Shown piece by piece: positions 54,050 to 64,000 of a DNA stretch of 64,000 bases. The notes beneath the pieces are model-generated. The model was not told where the DNA came from. It saw nothing but the letters and a program-made list of their open reading frames with translations, and did not search any database. How positions within the stretch are numbered: position 1 is the stretch's first letter; every line of letters begins with the position of its first letter. The DNA comes from Octopus vulgaris (lineage: Eukaryota), in the NCBI GenBank assembly GCA_951406725.2, contig OX597820.1, positions 84,196,001 through 84,260,000 on the forward strand, given 5' to 3'. The translations under genes and the position numbers were made by a program.

Positions 54050-56641
54050 CAATTGATGTGGATATATATGCGTGTGTGTGTACGTGTGTTTATAGCAGTT
54101 CGTTAAAAATTTACCTTCCTTTAAAGACTATGTATACATGCATAGATAAATGCATAAATACACACACGCATACACACGCACACACATATATGTACAGAGA
54201 GTCAGTGAAAGGGAGAGAGATGCATGTATATAAAATGTTTAAAAGTTATATTTAATTGCACTGAATTCACAAACATCTTACTATCTACATATCTACTTCA
54301 TATACACTTCAATACTTTTCACTATACACTTCTCTACTTTATAATAGAGGCTGGGTTTTCTTTATGCAGAACGCTGCATTTTTTGCGTGTTTTCTTTCTT
54401 TACTGTTATTTTTATTGGAGCTGCCGTATGACTTAACCGGTAACGAAGTTCATGGATGTTATAAAACTTATATTGTCATTTAAGCTCATGTGGGTCCCGA
54501 TCGACCATACTTTGATGAATAGCATTCCAGCCACTATCATTGTGTGTCTGCTATTTAGGGGTAGGAATTCCAGGATCCCATAATCTCTTTGTTTTGGAGA
54601 GTATTTCACTGTTATGTTTTGGAGATCTAAACTTGCGTAGCGTTTCCCTTATCCGTTCCTGAAAAAAAAAAAACTTGACAAAGAAATCTAAAACTTTGTT
54701 GTAGAAACTACATTATTTTTTATATTCTACCTTTTGCTTTATTCATTGCAATTTAGCCATGTTGTGTTAATTCAGGTAAGAGTACATTCAGTAACTATAA
54801 ATTCACTACTTGTGCTTTTGTCCGCTAACAGAAGGAAATGTAGAATTTAAGTGCGGTTTTTTTTTTTTTCTGAGAACATTCAGTAACAAAACCAAATACT
54901 TCAAACTATTTCGTTTTATGTTGAACTTTTGATTAAATCCAACTGCCCGAGGAATAAATTACGGTGTTTTGGGTAATACCCAATGTAATTGTTTTATTTT
55001 TCTTCTCAGAATGAAACCCCCTAAAACTATGTATTTCTTTCCTTACAGGATGTCTTTTAAGGGGTGGGGTCGTCTCTATCTTTAACATTGCAATATAATA
55101 TAGTAACGTATAGTTAAATTTTGATTTCATGAAACACGAGGTTATATTTTGCCTTCTCCTAATCTATTGATGTAAAGCAAGGGTTGAAGATACGGTATAT
55201 ACTCCCTCAAATGTAGGACCTTTTGCTTATGTAAGAAGTTATTTAGCTACGTCTCTTTCAGTAATTGTTTCAAATCTACCCGAGCCCGATATTGACATTC
55301 GTGATTCTGGGGTCAAAAATCGGTGCCAAGCAAAAACTGAGATTAATTTAACGCTAAAATTTCTCCTAAATATATGTATTTTACTAAAACACAGTTATTA
55401 GTATTTAATTATGTAAGCTTAAGCTCTCAATTGCAAAATGACCATGCTTAATTTACATATTAGAGGTCGATTTATTTACAAATTTACAGAACTAATTAAT
55501 TTCTTCATGATACAATTTCCCGAAAAAACATATCCCATGGTATCAAATCTATAGATCAGAATGTATATTCACAGCATTTCTTTTCATTGTTAATTTTGCT
55601 GGACATGTACCTTTTTGTATGAAGAATATTGAAATAGTCATAAACAGTTTACTAAAACACTTAGGAACGGCGATGAGTTGGGTAGAAAACTAAATAAGTG
55701 ACTATACTTTGCATCCTCACCGCATAAAACACTGGAGTAAAGTAAAATCAAACCATAACGCAAACAAACCAGAAATTTTAAAGTTTTGAATGTTGCTACT
55801 AAGTAGTCACGTGATCTGTAGCTAGTGTTTTTAGTTTCCGTTTTCAGAAAATGAACTAAATGAGAGTAAGAAATTAAAGCAGAATTATTTACAAAGGCCA
55901 TCATCTATAAATTGTTTCATTTCAGAGAATATTAACTTCATTGTTATATCAAGCTTTCACTCCATTACACATACGAAAGTCTGATACGTTATCAGACGGC
56001 ACTACACACAAGAGAGAACGTGTCTGCTTACACAAATATCAAACGAAACGAACACCGTGATTTCGTTGTCACAGTGATTTAAGTAATACAGGAGGATGTA
56101 AGATAACAATATCCGAAATGTCGGACAGTGGCCTGTAGTATGAAGAGCCACCTTACTAACGACTATATAAAACTAAAGTAATCTACTATTATTGGCTTAT
56201 ACAAACACGGAAACAAATTAGAATAGGAATGAAGAGTACAATGACAAATCATTAAAGGAAATAAAATTCCGGTAAGGTTCATTTCACCGGCACCAGACAT
56301 AGCGAGTAAATATACACAAACGCCCATAAGCACACGCAATAGAAAACGCATGATCAAGTATAGGGGTAGTGAAATACTTCGCAATGTATATGTGAATGTG
56401 TATGCGAGTATATATATATATATATACGTGAAATATTAGACGCACACTCAGACAAAAACGGCCGCACACATATATGTAATACATATACATTATATGTTAC
56501 AGATATGATTATGTGTTATATATACGCTTGTATAGGCGTGTGTATACATAGACACAAAGTTATATATACACACATATATATACATATATATATACACACA
56601 TATATATACATATGTATATACATACATATATATATGTATAT

Positions 56642-56688
<47 letters not shown>

Positions 56689-56689
56689 G

Positions 56690-56825
56690 AGAGCTTGCTC
56701 ACCAACAACATGGTTCTGGGTTCAGTGCCACTCCGTGGTATCTTGGGCAAGTGTCTTCTACTATAGTTTCGGCCTATATACAGTAGTGGATTTGGTAGAC
56801 CGAAACTGAAAGAAAACTCGTCATA
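56690..56825 (+). mobile_element. 5' part of OR-type CORE-like SINE
   Basis: GGGTTCAGTGCCAC..TCTTGGGCAAGTGTCTTCTACTATAG..GTGGATTTGGTAGAC.GAAACTGAAAGAA. Confidence 0.8.
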
Positions 56826-56985
<160 letters not shown>

Positions 56986-57647
56986 TGTGCGTGTATGTAT
57001 TTGTATGTATATATATATGTGTTTGTGTAGTCTTGCATATACATATATATATGCGCAATGTGCGTATGCTTGTGTGTTTGTATATGTTTTTGTGCGTGTG
57101 TGTGCACGTTTGTGTGTCTGAGTTTTGGGGTGTAAGTAAGTGTAATATCTTAAATATATCTTACGCAATTTTTTCGATATTTTATCGAATTTCATATATA
57201 AAAACGCTTTTAAAATATAACGTATATTCTATGAATTACGGGCTTATTTATTTGGAACGGTTAATTCATACACATGCCATGAAGCAATTTTAATCTGAGT
57301 GTCCCTCACCTTCGTTATCGGATGACCGGAACAACTTCACGTTTAGAATCACTTCTACCAAAACAAAGCGCATCGCTCAGACGTCCACTTCGTTTTGTCA
57401 GGCATAGAAAATATTTACAAATATGTGTTTTCTCACGTTTAAAAGCACGAACAGCATCCAGTTTTGGAAATTTACAGACACGACATTCTGTAAGACCATA
57501 ACAACCACCACACACAAACATCTGTACTTGCAAGTGTATATATATATATATATATATTGTTATATTAGTATACATATGCTTATGTATATATATGATACAT
57601 TTATAAAAGTACATCTGTATACGTATATATATATATATATATACGCG

Positions 57648-58050
57648 CAGGGCAGGGGTGCTTGTGTGGTAAATAGCTGCTTACCGGCTCCGGGTTCAGT
57701 CACACATCTGTGACACCTTGGGCAACTGTCTTCTGCTATAGCCTCGGGCCGACCAAAGCCTCATATGTATATGTGTGTGGATTCGTGCGTGCGTGTGTGT
57801 GTGTGTGAGTGTGTGTGTGTGTGTGTGAGTGTGTTTGTGAGTGTACTTATCCCCCCCCCACCGACATCGCATGACATTCGATGCTGGCGTGGTTACGTTC
57901 CCGTAAACTAGCGGTTCGGCAAAAAGAGAGATTATAGTATAAGTATTAGGATTAGAAAGAATATGACCTGGGGTCGATTTGCTCGACTATTCAGGTGGTG
58001 CTCCACCATGGCCACAGTCAAATGAGTGAAATAAGTAAAAGAATAAAAGA
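57648..58050 (+). mobile_element. Near full-length OR-type CORE-like SINE with internal (GT)n
   Basis: GCAGGGGTGCTTGTGTGGTAA head, GGGTTCAGTC, ACCTTGGGCAACTGTCTT, 3' GGTGCTCCACCATGGCCACAGTCAAATGA..GTAAAAGAATAAAAGAA. Confidence 0.85.
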
Positions 58051-58296
58051 ATATATGCAAACCTACACTTTATATATAATGATGTGTATGTGAATGTATG
58101 TATGTGCCTATGTATCCGTCTATGTATGTGAATGTGTGTGTACCTCTTTAAATGGAAAGTATGGGAAATGTTTTCGTTGTGTCTGTAAGTACTTACACAC
58201 ACGCGCATTTACACATATATACTTATTTATACACATATACATACATATAAACATATAAATAAATGCACACACACACACACACACATATATATATGT

Positions 58297-58528
58297 GGAG
58301 GCGCGTGGCTTAGTGGTTAGGGTGTCAGCATCATGACCGTAAGATTGTGGTTTCGATTCCCGGACCGGGCGACGCGATATGCTTTTGACCAAAACACTTC
58401 ATTTCAAGTTGGTCCAGTCCACTCAGCTGGCAAAAATGAGTAACGCTGCGATGGACTGGAGTCATAGAATCTGGGAAGCCGGGACCATGAGCCTGGCTAG
58501 GCTTTAAAAAGGGCGCATTTATTTATTT
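58297..58528 (+). mobile_element. tRNA-derived V-type SINE
   Basis: GGCGCGTGGCTTAGTGGTTAGGG A-box, GGTTTCGATTCCC B-box, CCAGTCCACTCAGCTG..GCTGCGATGGACTGG, (ATTT)n tail. Confidence 0.8.
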
Positions 58529-58541
58529 CACACACACACAC

Positions 58542-58622
<81 letters not shown>

Positions 58623-58809
58623 CACACACACAACCATATACATATGCATTTGAGCTAGGTTGCTGTAGCGGTCCTCCGAAGCTCTAACTTGCCTGAGACC
58701 AAATGAAGCTGTTTTAAATAATTTTACATGTAACTCCAATTAAACCTGTTGAGTGTCTATTTCTTTCGGTTGTCCACCCAATCATGTATATGTATACATA
58801 TATTTAACC

Positions 58810-59005
58810 TTTCACTTTTTACTTGCTTCGGTCATAAGACTGCGGTCATGCTGGAGCATCATCTTCAATAATTTTAATAGACCCCAATACTTATTTTTTA
58901 TTTTCAGCCTGGTACTTGTACTATCGCTATATTTTAGCTGAACCGCTAACTTTTGGGGACGTAAGAACACCAGTACCAGGTGTGAGGTGGTGGTGGTGGG
59001 TGATA
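58810..59005 (-). mobile_element. 3' half of OR-type SINE, inverted relative to 57648-58050
   Basis: TTTTACTTGCTTCGGTCATAAGACTGCGGTCATGCTGGAGCA..GAACCGCTAA..GGGGACGTAA. Confidence 0.8.
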
Positions 59006-59382
59006 AACGCAAACGCAGTCTCACACACGCGCACACACACACACACACTCTCTCTATCTCTCTCACTCACACGCACGCACGCACACACACATATACATAC
59101 ATGTATGTGTATTCTTGTAATTGTCATTTTAATAAATAAATAAATAAGCTGTCTAAAAGTTGATGAATCACCTCTTGGTCCCTTCCATTGGTCCCTTCCA
59201 TTTTCCTAAAATATTTCTTTACGTTCACCCGTTTAGTACACACGGTAATGAATTTGCAATGCAATAAAAACTACTTGTGTATTAATTATTGAGTATTCTA
59301 CCAGCAGTATATTTGATAGATATTATCCCTTGGTTGGATTCACGGCCTCTAACTTTCTTGGAATATATATATAAATATATAT

Positions 59383-59600
59383 AGGAGAGTTTATGAAAAA
59401 GACATAAGACGATGACAGGTGGTGTACAAAAAAAACAAAACATGTATTAGTATAACTCTCAGGAATAGAAAAAGTCCTTTACGTTTCGAGCCTACGCTCT
59501 TCTACAGAAAGGGACACAGAAAAAACAAGGTGAGAAACAAGGAGAGAAAAAATGAGAGAAAAAAAGGAGAGAAAAAAGAGAGAAAAAATATATATATATA
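59383..59600 (-). mobile_element. Penelope-like short element family 2
   Basis: Matches 43260-43383 and 44585-44705; shares TTCCTGAG.G downstream motif with family 1. Confidence 0.75.
59476..59511 (-). ncRNA. Variant minimal hammerhead (CUGUAGA core, A6U)
   Basis: Minus: CTTT CTGTAGA A GAGC GTAG GCTC GAA ACGT A AAGG. Confidence 0.62.
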
Positions 59601-60224
59601 AAACCATGTAGAAAGTTAAAGAGTTCCAGTTTGGTCTATTTTTGTACAAAAATTCACGCTGTTACCAATTTCGATAGTCAAACTGTACCTTCTGTTTAAC
59701 AATATAGATGCTTTCCAATACCATTATTACTCCCAAGCTAACTTGTATTAGGAAATATGCCTTGATTCGAGCAAAGTAACTGCCAGCAATAACTATTAAA
59801 TCTCAACCAACAATTTTAACGCAGGTAGAAAACCTTGAATAAAATAGTCATAAATACAGAAAAACAGTATGGAAAGTTGTTGATTGCAGGTCCTTTCGAA
59901 ACTAGCTGACCTGTGGTTAAACAACACCCCTTTCTGAGTATATTGACTAAATCAATTTTGTCTCCCTTGACGCTTGCTAAGTGTTTGATGGTATTTTCTA
60001 TCAGAATCACTCTGCTGAATTCTTAATAGTTTCTGTCACTTCCCTATTACATCGTTATATTACATTATGGATTCAGGAGAGTTTGTTTCTTGTCTTTGTT
60101 TATTTATTTATTTCTTCGTTTTTTTTAAAAATCTTTTTTTCCTTATTGTCTCAATATTCGGTTATTCACCCTGCAGCCTTAATTCTCTACCTTGTATTAC
60201 ATTCTGTAGTCTTTGCAGCTTTTA

Positions 60225-60289
<65 letters not shown>

Positions 60290-60432
60290 CTCTCTCTTTG
60301 TATCTCCATCTCTCTCTGTATCTCTCTCTCCTCTCACTCTATATACATACACACTTTTCTCACTCACACACGTGTGTGTGTGCGTATATATATATATATA
60401 GGTACGTATGTATGTGATAATATATATGAATA

Positions 60433-60469
<37 letters not shown>

Positions 60470-60510
60470 GTGTGTGTGCGTATATATATATATATATATA
60501 TACATGTGTG

Positions 60511-60545
<35 letters not shown>

Positions 60546-61067
60546 AAAAAATGAAGTTCGAAAATGCTGCTATATTATACAATTTTTAATTTTTATATAT
60601 ACATTATAACATGTTTCAGTTAGTACACACGGTAATATGAGGCTTCGTATACACACACATGTGGATATATATATATATATACATATATATGTTTGAGTGT
60701 GTACGTATGCATGTTTGGAGTGTATGTAGATGGATTAGGATTTCATTTTTATCTTTGTTTTAGTTTTTTTTCTAAAATGTTTTCTAAACTGTCATGCTCT
60801 ACGTAGAGCAAGATATGGAATTCCTATGAACGGTATATAGTAACGAAACCTCCTATACCGATACAGCAATAAACTGGTTATTCATAAATATAATTTTCTT
60901 CTCCAGCTTCTTGCTCTTCGTCTATCGGTTCTTTTGCCCAAGCATCATGTTACGAAGCCGTAAAGTAACTAAATTTAGCTGTCAAGCGACGAGTGAATAC
61001 ATACAAACGCAAATCACACACGAGGTTTTTTTCCGTTACGGTCTACAAAATCCATTCATAGGTTTTC

Positions 61068-61440
61068 TTATTTATCTATTGCCCATAAGGGGCTAAACAT
61101 AGAGTGGACAGACAAAGGTATTAAGTCCATTATATTAACTGGTACTAAATTTATCGACCCGAAAGGAGGAAAAGCAAAGTCGACCTCGGCGGAATTTGAA
61201 CTAGGTACGTGACGGCAGACGGAATACATAGGGGCTAAACAGAGAAGGGACAAAGAAGGACAGACAAACGGATTAAGTCGATTATATCGACCCCAGTGCG
61301 TAACTGATACTTACTTAATCAACCCCGAAAGGATAAAAGACAAAGTTAACCTCGGCGGAATTTGAACTCAGAATGTAGCGGCAGATGGAATTCCGCTGAG
61401 CATTTCGCCCGGCTTGCTAACGTGCTAACGTTTCTGCCAG
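61068..61440 (-). mobile_element. Dimeric Meta-like SINE, same family as 13324-14040
   Basis: Two copies of AGGGGCTAAACA..AAAGT(C/T).ACCTCGGCGGAATTTGAACT; one head (CTGGCAGAAACGTTAGCAC). Confidence 0.85.
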
Positions 61441-64000
61441 GTTTTCTGTCGCCCTAGAGCTAGAATAGGTGCCACAGTGGGTCTGAATATGAAACCATGT
61501 CACTGAGAAGGAAACTTCTTACCACACATCCATGACTGCAAACTACACTTTAAAATTTCGCTTTGATTATTTTAATAGTTTTCGGGTTACCTTCCCCCTA
61601 TGTGGAATTAATGACCTACTTTGTACCTTTTCTTTATAAATGGCAGACGTAATTTGCAATGGGGAGTTGGCGGCCATTACGAGTGAACGCTTGTGTATGT
61701 ATACATATGTCTGTTTGTGTGTATGCATACGCGCGTCTTTGTATGCGTTTATACGAGAGGCATCCTTAAAACTTCTGGTAGCTAAATTTTATTCATATGT
61801 TATTAGTGAAATCAAAGGTATGTTAAATGGCAAGATTTTGTCTACAATAATTGCGTGATATTTGTAAGAAGTGGGAACAGTTGTTATTTTGAATTGAAGT
61901 TGCTAAATATTACATTATATTAATGTCAACTAAGATAAGTATACTTGTTTTAATCACTCACTTCCTCCTTTCTCCCTTTCTCTTTATCGCTTACTCTGTC
62001 ACCCTCTCACACACAAATACAATCACATAGACAAACATACATACATATATTTTGCAACAAATTTAATGTTATGTTCCTATGGGAACATTCCCTGTAAGAA
62101 GTAGGAGTAATTTAGGATTTTCTTCCTCGAGTTTATTTTCTGTGCAGATTTATGTTTCCTTCTTAAATCTCTTCCATAACTTCGACTGAAAACATTAACG
62201 TTAAATTTGTGCCTGTATTGAAAACAATGCTCTATTGTAATACTAATACCATAGCATGAAATAGCAGGGCTGTAACATTTACTTTTGTTTTACAAGCTTA
62301 TCATTTAAGATTTCGGTATTGATAACTTGAATACCAACAGTGCAAAACAGGAGCTTTCAATTCTAGTTAGATCCTGATTAAACAAGGGTGGCTGTGAAAA
62401 GTAGTCGACTACGATAAAAGAGATATTTCGTATAAAATGTCAGCAAAGTCGTAAATAAAGTAATGAAGATGTGACATTTTAATGCACTTAACAAGAGCCA
62501 GATCACTAAGATTAAATGGAAATAGAGTGTCGTATAAAATCTGTTGAAGAGAAATAATCGACTGGATTAGAAGAATGACAACTTGGTTACATGTTGGGGT
62601 AAATCCAGTGTGCTGCTGATTATTTTAATAAAACACTTAAGTCTACTGAATGGACTCATGTCAGCTCAGTATTTGGCACTGATTTCTAATCATATATTGA
62701 AGTTTTCTATAGAACTGTATTCATAAATGTTCCATGGATGTATACAGGAATACTTTTATATACATCCATACAAACAAACAAACACAAGCATACGCACACA
62801 CAAATATATTCATATGCATATGTATACGCACATAACATAACGTATTGATGCATTCTCAATATGTTCTGGCAGATTCAAACGTAAATATCTAATCTCTTTT
62901 ATCTGTCCTCTATCGGAGAATTTCCTCATCCCTTACGAGAATGTGAGTCACCGGTTCCCAGGCTAAAAGGGACTTTGAGACATCACGGGGTTTCGACTTT
63001 GTTGAATCTCACCTCTGGCAAAACTAATCTGCAGATTCAGTGAATCAGACAAGTGCACGAATACTTATTTGTAGGAATCAGCAAGCAAAATATTTGTTGA
63101 TGCGTTGTGTTGTCTTCCGTGCTGCGTAAATTCAGGGGCGTCACGCAGAACAACGCATGCATTCATTAGTATGTCGCGGTAGATTCGAACGTGAATGTCT
63201 GTTCACCGCTGCTTTTTCATCGTTGGAGAACACCTCTTCCCTTTATACGTTGTGTGCCGTTGCCGCAAGTGATTCACCTGTGGAAAGAGACTTTCAGGCA
63301 ACATGGTGTTTTGACCTCGTGTATCTCGTCTGACAAGTTTAGCTTACTAGACCAAAGAAGTTTAAAAAATCACGAAAGAGAAAATAGGAAAGAGAAAATA
63401 ATTATGTTGCGCAATAAATTATTAGAAATATACATGACAGCCAACTAGCTCAACTATAGGGGGACTATTTGATAATCATTGTCATATTGAACAGACCAAA
63501 CAACTGAATAACTTAATTTTCATCTTGACACATGCAATGACAATCGATCTGAAGGCATAATCAGAAATATAAATGCCTTATAAAGATTCAAAAGTTTATC
63601 CACTGAGAAACATTGTTTTCGGGCATACGGTGGTTAAAAATTAAATTACTGAATTATCCTTACGGGATTTGAATTCACATTATGTAAAGCAATGACGTTG
63701 ATAATGTGAATGAAATAGTCTGGTTTTACGTCCGCTAAGCAACATATATAGCCACACCACTAGTAATTTCTTTTGATATAAGTCATTGATTTGTTAAATT
63801 ATTTGATACTGTTCATACTGAATAAGTTCTTACGCCATGTTTAATTTTTGTTTGTGTACACATTTGTTTCTACAAATAATACTACTATACATTATGCTCT
63901 CTTCCTCTTTATCTGTCTTACACGCATACATACGCACACAACTAAACACACACACTCACCGGCGTACAGACACATTTTTCACTATTTTATTTCATGATAT

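Noticed and set aside
59176-59203. Tandem TTGGTCCCTTCCA resembling miR-133
   Set aside because: Differs from miR-133 and has no hairpin; simple 13-bp duplication
62900-63360. GC-richer block with an ATGCGTTGT/ACAACGCAT hairpin
   Set aside because: Possibly a decayed LINE end; no supportable ORF or RNA family

Overview
AT-rich, microsatellite-saturated eukaryotic DNA, almost certainly a coleoid cephalopod (Octopus-type SINE/LINE families), with the look of a long intron or gene desert. I found no intact protein-coding gene; nearly all listed ORFs are microsatellite or transposon artefacts. Recognisable content: a full-length but dead RTE LINE with a 13-bp TSD (33.3-37.1 kb), a decayed Tx1/L1-like LINE (48.7-51.4 kb), three stacked R4/Dong elements in trinucleotide repeats (4.9-7.6 kb), a decayed Tc1/mariner, non-autonomous Helitrons, several tRNA-SINE families and at least five fold-back hairpins. 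Most notable are five copies of two related short Penelope-like repeats carrying minimal type-I hammerhead ribozymes. One has an intact core (46070-46104), and a second family has a CUGUNGA core (A6 to U) with all other elements kept. Also noted: SINE multimers with a shared internal restart point, a GATAA-dense 36-bp minisatellite, a candidate recursive splice site and candidate non-coding exons/promoter. Family names come from motif recall, not database searches.
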